Shown piece by piece: positions 53,466-62,243 of a stretch of 64,000 nt of DNA. The translations under genes were made by a program, and so were the position numbers. The notes under the pieces were generated by a model, which was given only the letters and a program-made list of their open reading frames with translations, ran no database searches and had not been told where the DNA came from. The DNA is taken from contig JAJFLY010000019.1 in assembly GCA_021772455.1 (NCBI GenBank), forward strand, positions 49,578 to 113,577. The letters are read 5' to 3'. Position 1 is the stretch's first letter, and every line of letters begins with the position of its first letter. The DNA comes from Chlamydiota bacterium (GTDB lineage Bacteria; Chlamydiota; Chlamydiia; Chlamydiales; JAAKFR01).

Positions 53466-55244
53466 ATGGCGCTCCAAGAAATCGATCCTTACCCGTTCTG
53501 GAATGGTGTAAAAAAGTATCAAGTAAACTTTTTTCGTGGCGATCTCATCGCTGCAATCTCGGTTGCCTTGATGGCTCTGCCTCAGGCGATGGCCTACGCT
53601 TTTTTAGCCGATCTGCCCACATCTGCTGGGATTTGGTCGGTTGTTTTTGGAACGATTTTTACAGCCGCATTTGGTCAATCCCGTTTTCTGATCTCAGGGA
53701 CCACGAATATGGTGGCAATTTTGATTCAGTCAGGCACCTCAGAGATTCTTCATACCTACTATGGGGGTGTTTCGGGCTTAGAACGTGAAATTTTGGCTCA
53801 AAATGTGGTGATGGAGATTGTCTTGTTAATCGGGATATTCCAGGTAATAGCGGGTCTACTCCGTTTAGGGCGATTGACCCAGTTTACCAGTCGATCGGTG
53901 ATCGTTGGGTATATTGCTGGTGCCGCTCTTGCCATTGCGGTAACGCAGCTCTTTCCATTCTTTGGGATACGCGATCTCGATGGTTACCACGCCATTTACC
54001 AGCAAGGGTGGTATTTGCTTGGACAACTCGGAGCGTTGCACATCCCGACCTCACTCGTTTCGATAGGATGCTTGCTTCTGTTGATTTTCCTCTACCGCAC
54101 CTCGTCCAAAGTGCCAGGAGCTGCAATCGTATTTATTGTGGCCGGAGGTGTTGTGGCGCTATTTAATCTGGCGCCAGAGCACGCCAAAGGGATTTTTGAT
54201 GTCGCTCCAGGCGAGCGGATTGAGCGCATCACCCTTCTGCAGGATATCGGCCCCGTTTTTTCCGACTTTCCAAAGTTTGCAGCCCCCTACTTTGAATTTC
54301 GTCTTTTGGCAAAAATTATTCCGCTCGCCTTTGCGATTTCCTTGTTAAGTGTGATTGAGGCGACATCGATTGGTCGTAATTACACAAGCTCGAAGGAGCC
54401 ACCTTATAATGATAATCAGGAAGTTTACGGCTTAGGGATTAGTAATTTTCTCTGCGCATTTTTTGGGGCGATGCCAAGCTCTGGAAGCTTTTCAAGAAGC
54501 GCTCTTAACAAAGCCGCGGGAGCTCACACACGCTTTTCTGCGATCATAAGTGGTGGCTTTGTCTTTTTGTTTGTTGTCACATTGGGTTTCCTTGTGAACA
54601 AAATTCCCATCGCAGCATTAAGCGCACTTATGATTTTTACTGCCTATACGATGGTCAACTTTAAACACTTCTTTCTCTGCTTGCGTGCAACGCGTGGCGA
54701 CGCTTTTGTTGTGATCACAACTCTGATTGCGAGTATGATTTTTACTCTAGATGTCGCATTATATGTCGGTGTTGTGCTCTCCATTGTCCTCTATCTAAAA
54801 CGGGCTGCTGTCCCCTTCCTGGTCGAATATGCGTTCAATAATGTCGGAAAATTGCGTCCGCTAGATGCCGAGGAAGAGCGTCCCGATCCGCGCATCTGCA
54901 TTTTACAATCCGAAGGGGAACTCTTTTTTGGAGCTGCAGACTTGCTACAGACTAAATTGCGCAATATTTCTGAGGATGAGACGCTCAAAGTTGTCATCTT
55001 GCAACTACTCAACACCCGCTATATCGATGCTTCAATTTGCTTAGCTCTTCGTCAGGTGCTCGATTATTTGAGTAGTACGAACAGGAAGTTTATGCTCAGT
55101 GGGGTTTCCGAGGAGGTGTGGACAGTGTTAGACGAATCGGGGCTCTTGCACAAAATCGGCGAAGAGAATTGTTTTCCAGCAAATGAGCAGCTTCCAAGCG
55201 AACCGACGCGCAATGCGTACGCTCTTGCTAAAATCTATACCTAA
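53466..55244 (+). CDS. SulP-family anion permease with C-terminal STAS domain
   Basis: About 592 aa and polytopic, with the SulP-like motifs ALPQAMAYAFLA and GAMPSSGSFSRSALN and a STAS-like C-terminus. The track start at 53460 is GTG. The ATG is at 53466. Confidence 0.85.
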   Translation: MALQEIDPYPFWNGVKKYQVNFFRGDLIAAISVALMALPQAMAYAFLADLPTSAGIWSVVFGTIFTAAFGQSRFLISGTTNMVAILIQSGTSEILHTYYGGVSGLEREILAQNVVMEIVLLIGIFQVIAGLLRLGRLTQFTSRSVIVGYIAGAALAIAVTQLFPFFGIRDLDGYHAIYQQGWYLLGQLGALHIPTSLVSIGCLLLLIFLYRTSSKVPGAAIVFIVAGGVVALFNLAPEHAKGIFDVAPGERIERITLLQDIGPVFSDFPKFAAPYFEFRLLAKIIPLAFAISLLSVIEATSIGRNYTSSKEPPYNDNQEVYGLGISNFLCAFFGAMPSSGSFSRSALNKAAGAHTRFSAIISGGFVFLFVVTLGFLVNKIPIAALSALMIFTAYTMVNFKHFFLCLRATRGDAFVVITTLIASMIFTLDVALYVGVVLSIVLYLKRAAVPFLVEYAFNNVGKLRPLDAEEERPDPRICILQSEGELFFGAADLLQTKLRNISEDETLKVVILQLLNTRYIDASICLALRQVLDYLSSTNRKFMLSGVSEEVWTVLDESGLLHKIGEENCFPANEQLPSEPTRNAYALAKIYT

Positions 55245-55246
55245 AT

Positions 55247-55645
55247 TTATCTGACAGGGTCGAGCTTGCGCTCCATTCCATATTTATCTGTCCGCTCATA
55301 AACCCAAGATTCATCGTTTTCGCGCATTAAACGATCGCAACCCATTGAAATTCCGCGGACTACCCCATACTTCTGAATCGCTTCAAGGGTGTATTGAGAG
55401 CTGGTTGGATAAAAACTACTACGGGGTCCGTCAATCGGTGAAATGTAGTCTTGGTAAAAACGAATCAGCGTTCTACAGACAACTCTTTTTGCATCCAATT
55501 TAGGTTTTTCGCCTTGCGTATTTTTTCGCGTTGTGTAAGCTAATTCGGCATCTATTCCCCATGGTTCGGAAAATGATTCAACATAGTTTCCGTTTAATGG
55601 AAAGAAAGATAAAGAACATGTTAAGAGTAAAATTATCAACTTCAT
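55247..55645 (-). CDS. YidD-like (membrane protein insertion efficiency factor family) protein with signal peptide and Cys-to-Ser substitutions
   Basis: 132 aa. The core LIRFYQDYISPIDGPRSSFYPTSSQYTLEAIQKYG parallels the YidD consensus (..YQ..ISP....CRF.PTCS.Y..EA....G). It is preceded by the signal-like MKLIILLLTCSLSFF. Confidence 0.6.
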   Translation of the reverse strand: MKLIILLLTCSLSFFPLNGNYVESFSEPWGIDAELAYTTRKNTQGEKPKLDAKRVVCRTLIRFYQDYISPIDGPRSSFYPTSSQYTLEAIQKYGVVRGISMGCDRLMRENDESWVYERTDKYGMERKLDPVR

Positions 55646-55717
55646 AATTCAATGGACGATTATCTTCGAATGAACAAAAATAATTAATGAAGGTGACATG
55701 TTTTGCAAGGATAAAAA

Positions 55718-56116
55718 TTGCTGAAGCAGTTTGTGGATCAGTTGAGAGCAGATATGGGAGGGTCATTTGAAGTGAATGACGATGACTCTTATTCCCTGCA
55801 TGTTGAGCCTGATTTACATATCTCCTTAAGGGAAAACAAGGAGGCAGGCATCTCTTTATTTACTGCTTTGGCTCCCATTCCTGAAGAGAGGGTGGAGGAA
55901 TTTTTGATTAAAACGATGATAGCCAATCTGTTCGGTCGTGAAACAGGGGGCGGCATCTTAGGGTTAGACAAAGAGGGAAAAAAAGTCACATTTTTGACAT
56001 TCCTTCCTCCTGAATTAAGCTATACGGAGTTTCACGACCAACTCGAAGATTTTGTGAACTATGCAGATGCGTGGAAAAATGAAACGACTGTATTTAAAGA
56101 ACAACCAACTGACTAG
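55718..56116 (+). CDS. Class I T3SS chaperone (CesT/SycE-like; CT663-position)
   Basis: 132 aa and acidic, with an alpha-beta pattern (SLHVEPDLHISLREN..ISLFTALAPIP). It lies immediately upstream of sctD. The start is TTG, with AAGGA 6 nt upstream. Confidence 0.65.
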   Translation: MLKQFVDQLRADMGGSFEVNDDDSYSLHVEPDLHISLRENKEAGISLFTALAPIPEERVEEFLIKTMIANLFGRETGGGILGLDKEGKKVTFLTFLPPELSYTEFHDQLEDFVNYADAWKNETTVFKEQPTD

Positions 56117-56126
56117 GAAATAGAGC

Positions 56127-57992
56127 ATGAGTGCTGAGTTCATCGCCGAAGAAGGAGTTTTGAAGGGACTTGTCCTTTCTCTCGATGTAGGCGAGGAATG
56201 GTCCATTGGACGCGATCCTGAGCAAGCAACCCTTGTGATAGAAGATGCAAAAGTGTCACGCCTGCATCTTATCTGCCGCAAGACACCTGATGGGTATGTC
56301 GTTGAAAATCTAAGTGAAAATAACCCTGTTCTCGTTAACGATCACCCCATTTCTGATCCAAAGCTTTTGCAAGAGGGAGATAAGATCACAATTGGGGGAT
56401 CCGTTTTCCATTTTTATCCTGAAGGGGCTCCTCCGGCATATGCATTTGAACCGGAATACGCTTTTGAATCAGAGGGTTCCTTTTTAGGGGAATCTGAGGA
56501 AGAGGCATTTGAAGAAGAAGAAGAGATTCCTGCGGAAGAAGAGCCTTTCTTTGCTCCTTTGGAGGAAGAAAAAGATGAAGAGTTGATTCGGGAGGAGATC
56601 TTCCAAGAGGCTGAAGAGCCAGATGTGACCATTGATTTGACTCCTTCTACTCGCTTTCTTATTAAAGTAATTGCCGGTCCAAATACGGGGGCCGAGTTTG
56701 CCTTGGATACTGGCCATGAGTATCTTATTGGAACAGATTCTGCGAGTTGCGATCTTATTTTCAATGACTTAAGTGTTTCTAGGGAGCATGCACGCCTTTC
56801 GATTAGCAAAGAGGGCGTGATTTTAATTGAAGATTTGGAGAGTCGTAACGGCGTTGTTGTTGATAAAGAGCGTATTACGTCTCCAAAAGAGCTCTTAGCG
56901 AATACTGTTGTCGCATTTGGAACCTCTGCTTTTCTCCTAATTGATCGAGAGGCTCCTTCCGAAACAATTGTCGCCCCTATTTTCGAAGCGCCGCCGGAAG
57001 TGGAAGAAAAAACGCCTAAAGAAGAGATAGAAGAAGAGGAAGAGAGAGCGGTTGGTGGGACTAAAAAAACCAAGCGAAAGGTTCCAACAGGTTCGCTCAT
57101 TCTAGCATTGTTTGTCGCTGGGCTGGCTGTTTTGTTTGGAATTGGGATGGTCTCTTTGCTGCAAACGCATGATGTGGTCGCTGAAAAACACGATTACCTT
57201 ACTGAAATTCAAGATGCTTTAAAAGTCTATCCAGGCGTGCAATTTACTTACAATAAAGCAAGCGGGACGCTCTTTTTATTGGGTAATGTCAAAAGTGCTG
57301 TAGAAATGAATGAACTTCTTTATAAACTCAAGGGCTTAACTTTTATCAGGGGTATTGAGAATAACATTGTCAATGATGAGGCTATCTGGCAGGAGATGAA
57401 CATTTTGCTCTCAAAAATTCCTGAATTCAAAGGGGTGAGCATGCATGCTCCCGAAGCTGGGCTGTTTGTTGTTTCGGGCTATCTAAAAACTGATCGACAA
57501 GCTGCAAACCTAATCGATTACCTAAATGTCAATTTCAACTATCTCAATCGACTTCAAAATAGGGTCGTTGTGGAACAGCAAATAGTTGATGAGGTAACCG
57601 CGCACTTAATGCAGCATGGATTTGGGGCTGTTATGGTCGCATTCTCAACTGGGGAGCTGGTTTTAACGGGTTATGTAAGCTCGACGCAAACATTTGAATA
57701 TGATAGCTTGGTCAATTCTTTTGATGAAATTCCAGGTGTGCGTTCGTTAAAGAATTTTGTCGTTGCGGTTTCTCCTGAACAAGGGGTGCTCGATTTAAAC
57801 AAACGCTATCCGGGCAAATATCGTGTCACCGGCTTTTCGAAACATGGTGATGTCAATATCAACGTTGTTATTAACGGCCGTATCTTAACACGAGGTGATC
57901 AGCTTGATACGATGATCATTACGAGTATTCAGCCTCACACGATTTTCCTTGAAAAAGATGGTTTGAAGTATAAGATCGAATACAATAAATAA
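56127..57992 (+). CDS. sctD: T3SS inner-membrane ring protein SctD (CdsD) with two N-terminal FHA domains
   Basis: 621 aa. FHA-like segment 1 is WSIGRD...VSRLHLIC...ENLSENNPVLVN. FHA-like segment 2 is YLIGTD...VSREHARL...EDLESRNGVVV. An acidic linker, one TM helix (LILALFVAGLAVLFGIGMVSLL) and a periplasmic domain complete the protein. Confidence 0.85.
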   Translation: MSAEFIAEEGVLKGLVLSLDVGEEWSIGRDPEQATLVIEDAKVSRLHLICRKTPDGYVVENLSENNPVLVNDHPISDPKLLQEGDKITIGGSVFHFYPEGAPPAYAFEPEYAFESEGSFLGESEEEAFEEEEEIPAEEEPFFAPLEEEKDEELIREEIFQEAEEPDVTIDLTPSTRFLIKVIAGPNTGAEFALDTGHEYLIGTDSASCDLIFNDLSVSREHARLSISKEGVILIEDLESRNGVVVDKERITSPKELLANTVVAFGTSAFLLIDREAPSETIVAPIFEAPPEVEEKTPKEEIEEEEERAVGGTKKTKRKVPTGSLILALFVAGLAVLFGIGMVSLLQTHDVVAEKHDYLTEIQDALKVYPGVQFTYNKASGTLFLLGNVKSAVEMNELLYKLKGLTFIRGIENNIVNDEAIWQEMNILLSKIPEFKGVSMHAPEAGLFVVSGYLKTDRQAANLIDYLNVNFNYLNRLQNRVVVEQQIVDEVTAHLMQHGFGAVMVAFSTGELVLTGYVSSTQTFEYDSLVNSFDEIPGVRSLKNFVVAVSPEQGVLDLNKRYPGKYRVTGFSKHGDVNINVVINGRILTRGDQLDTMIITSIQPHTIFLEKDGLKYKIEYNK

Positions 57993-58014
57993 AGGTTATT
58001 TAAGAGGGTAAGTT

Positions 58015-58263
58015 ATGTTTGGGATGGAAAAGGATAAAAAAAGGAATAAAGCTGCAGATTATTCTTTTGATTTAGAAGAGGATTTGAAAGATCCAGGAAA
58101 GTTGCGTGCGGCCAAGGAGCAAATTGAAGAGCGTATTGTGCAATTAAAGACGATGCTCCGCCAAGGGGAAGATAAGCAGAGTTTTGATCAAACTCAAACA
58201 CTTTTACATGGGTATTTGGCCCTCCAGAAAGTGATTCAACGTGTTAACAGAAAAATATTTTAA
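58015..58263 (+). CDS. cdsE: T3SS needle co-chaperone CdsE (YscE-like)
   Basis: 82 aa and helical. Its position directly upstream of the needle gene matches chlamydial CT665. Confidence 0.65.
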   Translation: MFGMEKDKKRNKAADYSFDLEEDLKDPGKLRAAKEQIEERIVQLKTMLRQGEDKQSFDQTQTLLHGYLALQKVIQRVNRKIF

Positions 58264-58273
58264 GGAGAGGAAT

Positions 58274-58522
58274 ATGGCAGGAGGTCCAGCATCTTTTAAT
58301 TTTGGTAAAATGCTTAGCGGATTGGAAAATTATGTGTCGTCCGTGAAAAACTATTTAAACGAATTAGAATCAGCGTCCGGAGGGACGGTCAACTTGTCGA
58401 CAATGTTCAATATGCAGTTTCACATGCAAATTATGTCTCAGTACATTGAAGCGGTGTCGAATACATTAAGCGCAGTTAATAATGAAATGGTTACCATGGC
58501 GCGGGCGACTAAAGGACAATAA
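58274..58522 (+). CDS. sctF: T3SS needle subunit SctF (CdsF)
   Basis: 82 aa from the ATG at 58274, with RBS AAGGAGAGG. It is a helix-turn-helix needle-like sequence (MFNMQFHMQIMSQYIEAVSNTLSAVNNEM). The longer track start at 58241 overlaps cdsE. Confidence 0.8.
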   Translation: MAGGPASFNFGKMLSGLENYVSSVKNYLNELESASGGTVNLSTMFNMQFHMQIMSQYIEAVSNTLSAVNNEMVTMARATKGQ

Positions 58523-58543
58523 CAACGGTAGGGGATTTAGGAT

Positions 58544-58981
58544 ATGTCAACACTTCAGGACTTTAGGGAAGATCTTTCATTACTTGTGGAAGGGGGACTG
58601 ATTGCGATCAAACAGGGTGATGAGGAAGGGGCTAAAAAGCTCTTCAATGCTGTGGGCGTTATAGATCCACAAAACATGGCTCGAAAAATGGGCTATGGGT
58701 TGATCTCTTTGCATAAAATGGATATCAAAACAGCGCAGAAAAGTTTTCAGGAAATTCTTCAGGTTGAACAAACCAATTGGAGAGCTCAGGCATTTCTTGC
58801 TTTTTCGCACATCCTTTCTGTGTTTCAGGATGGATCTCCAGAGGAGAAGCGCAAAAGCCTTGAAATGGGAGCAAAGCTTGCTCAAGAGGTTATGGAAAAA
58901 AGCGATGCAGAATCTACCCGAAAGCTTGCACAATCGCTGCTTGATTGGGAACATGAGCTGCAAGAAACGGTGAAAAAGTAG
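58544..58981 (+). CDS. cdsG: T3SS needle co-chaperone CdsG (YscG-like, TPR-like)
   Basis: 145 aa and all-helical TPR-like. It follows sctF. Confidence 0.65.
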   Translation: MSTLQDFREDLSLLVEGGLIAIKQGDEEGAKKLFNAVGVIDPQNMARKMGYGLISLHKMDIKTAQKSFQEILQVEQTNWRAQAFLAFSHILSVFQDGSPEEKRKSLEMGAKLAQEVMEKSDAESTRKLAQSLLDWEHELQETVKK

Positions 58982-58992
58982 GAGAAATCATA

Positions 58993-59643
58993 ATGCCCGA
59001 TAGTACTTCTGGGGTGACCCCCACACCGCCTACCCCTGAATATGGGCGCGATAAGCCTGGTTTGGGTGAGGGTGAAATGGCAAATGAGCCAAAACCTTTT
59101 TCTCTTCCTCCTGAAGGGAATGAGCCTGCTGCTACAAGTCCCGAAGGGGCGGGAAAGCCTACTCCAATGGAGGTGGCCAAAGAGGGCGCGGAAAAAGGCA
59201 CTCAAAAAATGACACCTGAGCAGCTTGGAGACCAGATGTCTAAGTTGAAAACTCAGCTTGGCTCCGTGCAAACAAAGCTTCAAGATCCGAGTGTGACGAG
59301 TAGGTTCACAAAAGATCACTACGATGCGCTTCAAAAAGTTGCCGAGAAGATGACTCCGGATATGCAGGGGATCGCGAAAAACAGTAAAGGTGAGTTTAAT
59401 ACGCCGAAACCTATTTCTGGTGAGCCTGCTTTGAATTATGTCACACGTTGGATCAATGGCTCTCAGCAGACTTTGAGCTCAGCTTTGCAATATGTCGGGA
59501 CGGAAAAAAATCCCAATCCGGCTTCTTTTTTGAAGCTTCAGTATTCTGTGCAGCGTGCTATGCAGCGCGGAGAACTTTTTTCTAGTATAGTGGGAGCTTC
59601 TGTCTCTGGTATCAAAACGATTATGAGTACCCAGCTAGGATAA
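58993..59643 (+). CDS. T3SS-cluster protein (CT668-position); possible inner-rod/early substrate
   Basis: 216 aa. The N-terminal half is Pro/Glu-rich and disordered. The C-terminus, FLKLQYSVQRAMQRGELFSSIVGASVSGIKTIMSTQLG, resembles needle/rod C-terminal helices. Confidence 0.55.
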   Translation: MPDSTSGVTPTPPTPEYGRDKPGLGEGEMANEPKPFSLPPEGNEPAATSPEGAGKPTPMEVAKEGAEKGTQKMTPEQLGDQMSKLKTQLGSVQTKLQDPSVTSRFTKDHYDALQKVAEKMTPDMQGIAKNSKGEFNTPKPISGEPALNYVTRWINGSQQTLSSALQYVGTEKNPNPASFLKLQYSVQRAMQRGELFSSIVGASVSGIKTIMSTQLG

Positions 59644-59645
59644 TA

Positions 59646-60968
59646 ATGGATGATCCAACTTCGGACTTCGAACAACTGATCTCTCGTTTGGAAGAGGTGC
59701 AGCTCACAACCGTGATGGGACGAATCACCGAGGTTGTGGGTATGCTCATCAAGGCCGTTGTGCCTCAGGTGCGTATTGGCGAAGTTTGTTTGGTGAAGCG
59801 TGAAGGGACCTCCCCGCTGCTTACGGAGGTTGTGGGGTTTACTCAAGATCAAGTCTATCTTTCACCCTTAGGTGAAATGACAGGAGTGGGTCCCTCCTCT
59901 GAGGTGATTCCAACCCGCCTTGCTCTGCACATTAAAGTGGGCCCTGAGCTTCTTGGTCGTGTGCTAAACGGTTTAGGTGAGCCACTTGATACAGAAACGA
60001 AGGGACCTTTAAACGTTGCTGAAAGCTACCCAATTTTTCGAGCTCCACCAGATCCTTTGAAACGGGAACGCATTACGCAGCCCATCTCGACCGGTGTGCG
60101 TTGCATCGATGGCTTGCTCACGTGTGGACGGGGTCAGCGGATCGGGATTTTCGCCGGAGCGGGAGTGGGTAAATCTACTCTGCTTGGAATGATTGCCCGC
60201 AATGCCGCAGCCGATGTCAATGTCATTGCGTTAATTGGGGAACGTGGCCGTGAAGTAAGAGAGTTTATCGAAAAAGATCTGGGAGAGGAAGGGATTGCCC
60301 GTTCTGTAATCGTGGTTTCCACCTCGGATCAGGCTTCTCAGTTGCGTCTGAACGCAGCATATGTGGGAACGGCTATCGCTGAATATTTCCGCGACCAGGG
60401 TAAAACGGTAGTTTTGATGATGGATTCGGTGACCCGTTTTGCTCGCGCACTTCGGGAAGTGGGCTTGGCCGCAGGCGAGCCTCCTGCGCGGGCTGGATAC
60501 ACCCCTTCGGTTTTTTCCACACTCCCACGTTTGTTGGAGCGTTCGGGAAATTCTGAAAAGGGTTCGATCACCGCTTTTTATACAGTCCTTGTTGCTGGCG
60601 ATGATATGAATGAACCGGTTGCCGATGAGGTAAAGTCGATTTTAGATGGGCATATTGTCCTGTCGAATCTCCTTGCGCAAGCTTATCACTACCCTGCAAT
60701 CGATGTACTCGCCTCCATCAGCCGTTTAGTGACAGAAGTTGCGACCAAAGATCAGCTCAAAATGATCAGTAAAGCGCGCGAAGTGCTTGCCAACTACCGG
60801 AAAAACGAGATGTTAATTCGTATTGGAGAGTATAAGCGCGGGTCGGACCGTGATGCCGATTATGCAATTGACCATATTGATAAGTTGAACCGTTTTTTAA
60901 AGCAGACAATTGAAGATAAATCAACGCTTGAAGAGACGATCCAGCAGCTAAAAGCCTTATTTAAATAA
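59646..60968 (+). CDS. sctN: T3SS ATPase SctN (CdsN)
   Basis: 440 aa. It has Walker A GIFAGAGVGKSTLLGMIAR, Walker B VVLMMDSVTRFA and an F1/FliI-like fold sequence. Confidence 0.95.
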   Translation: MDDPTSDFEQLISRLEEVQLTTVMGRITEVVGMLIKAVVPQVRIGEVCLVKREGTSPLLTEVVGFTQDQVYLSPLGEMTGVGPSSEVIPTRLALHIKVGPELLGRVLNGLGEPLDTETKGPLNVAESYPIFRAPPDPLKRERITQPISTGVRCIDGLLTCGRGQRIGIFAGAGVGKSTLLGMIARNAAADVNVIALIGERGREVREFIEKDLGEEGIARSVIVVSTSDQASQLRLNAAYVGTAIAEYFRDQGKTVVLMMDSVTRFARALREVGLAAGEPPARAGYTPSVFSTLPRLLERSGNSEKGSITAFYTVLVAGDDMNEPVADEVKSILDGHIVLSNLLAQAYHYPAIDVLASISRLVTEVATKDQLKMISKAREVLANYRKNEMLIRIGEYKRGSDRDADYAIDHIDKLNRFLKQTIEDKSTLEETIQQLKALFK

Positions 60969-60969
60969 T

Positions 60970-61464
60970 ATGAAGTATCCACTGCAGCAAGTGCTTTTGG
61001 TAAAAAAGGATCGTGTTGAGAAAGCCGAGAGGGTTGTTGAAGAAAAAAAACGAGCCCTTCAATTAGAAGAGGAAAAACTTAAGAAAATCAAAGAAGAGCG
61101 CGACGCTGTTTTAAATCACCACAACGCTAAGTTGGCCCAGCTGAGAAAAGCGCTTGATGAAGGGACGACAAGTGAAGAGGTTCTTCAGATGAAGGCTTAC
61201 CTCAAAGTGGTGAAGGAGAAGCTGGCAAAGGAAGAAGAAAAGGTTGTACAGCAGAAAGAACAGGTAAGAGTTGCAGAGCGTAATCTTGATGCGGCAAAAG
61301 AAGATCTAAACCGAAAACGGACCGAAGAAGAAAAAATCGAAATGCACAAGAAAGAATGGGACAAAGAGGCTTTGGCAGAAGCTGCCAAGCAAGAAGCAAA
61401 AGAACAAGATGAAATTGGTCAAGTTCTCTACGAATCCCATCGCAAGAAAAAAAAGGAGCTCTAA
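60970..61464 (+). CDS. sctO: T3SS stalk protein SctO (CdsO)
   Basis: 164 aa and an almost entirely K/E-rich coiled coil. It directly follows sctN. Confidence 0.75.
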   Translation: MKYPLQQVLLVKKDRVEKAERVVEEKKRALQLEEEKLKKIKEERDAVLNHHNAKLAQLRKALDEGTTSEEVLQMKAYLKVVKEKLAKEEEKVVQQKEQVRVAERNLDAAKEDLNRKRTEEEKIEMHKKEWDKEALAEAAKQEAKEQDEIGQVLYESHRKKKKEL

Positions 61465-61466
61465 AC

Positions 61467-62207
61467 ATGTCTGTCCCTCCCTCCCGTTCATCATCAGGTA
61501 GTTCTCACCATTCAAAAAAAAGTGACGGCCCCACTTCGGATAGGAAGACGAATAAGGACTTTAATCTCCCTCGTAAAGGGAGAAAAGATGAAGAGCAGTC
61601 TGACAAAAAAGGACTTAAAGAGGACGAGCTGAAAAAGAAATCTCTTTTTGATATTGCAGGAGAAAAAGGAGAGGTTCCAAAAGGGCTTGAACAAGATATC
61701 GAAGCTAAAGTAATGGGAAAAGCGGGGGAAGCAGCCTCTATCCAAACCTCACAGGCGTCAGCCTCTGTCGCTGCAATTGGTAAGCTGATCCAAAGTGTCG
61801 TTACTGAATTGCGTATAGGACAGGTCGGCGGCAAAGATTTTACGACCATGAATCTCACAACTAAGGCAGGAGAAATCCCCGAAGCTTTTGCCGGAAGTAA
61901 CTTAACGCTTAGCTATCAGGCAAACTCGCTTATCATTCATTTCGATAATTTTATGACGCCTCAACAACAGAATAATGCAATCACCCTTGTAGAAAAGAAT
62001 AAAGAACAGCTGTTAGATATGATGCAAGCTTTACAGGCTAAGAATATTAACATCCAAGAAATGAGTATCGGGAAGCACGTTGTCAATTTGCCGCGTGTAG
62101 AGCCTCTCCCCCCTCCTTTTCAGCCTTCACGTGGTGCTGAGACTGAGACAAGACAGCAGCGAGAACACCAAGAGCGGGGAGGAGAAGAGGGTGCTGGTCC
62201 GGAATAA
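61467..62207 (+). CDS. sctP: T3SS needle-length/substrate-switch protein SctP (CdsP)
   Basis: 246 aa. The N-terminus is disordered and S/K-rich. A globular C-terminal region (LTLSYQANSLIIHFDNF...) lies in the YscP/FliK position. Confidence 0.65.
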   Translation: MSVPPSRSSSGSSHHSKKSDGPTSDRKTNKDFNLPRKGRKDEEQSDKKGLKEDELKKKSLFDIAGEKGEVPKGLEQDIEAKVMGKAGEAASIQTSQASASVAAIGKLIQSVVTELRIGQVGGKDFTTMNLTTKAGEIPEAFAGSNLTLSYQANSLIIHFDNFMTPQQQNNAITLVEKNKEQLLDMMQALQAKNINIQEMSIGKHVVNLPRVEPLPPPFQPSRGAETETRQQREHQERGGEEGAGPE

Positions 62208-62243
62208 GAGCTTTGGATATAGTGACGAAAAAAGTGTGAAATC

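Noticed and set aside
53444-53788. A 114-aa ORF in an alternative frame at the start of the SulP gene.
   Set aside because: It overlaps the SulP frame, which carries the family motifs and continues for about 590 aa. The alternative frame is Cys/Trp/Arg-rich with no features.
56414-57100. A 228-aa minus-strand ORF antisense to sctD.
   Set aside because: It overlaps the acidic GAA/GAG-rich linker of sctD and its product is Ser-rich low complexity. The sense strand carries recognisable FHA motifs. This is an antisense artefact.
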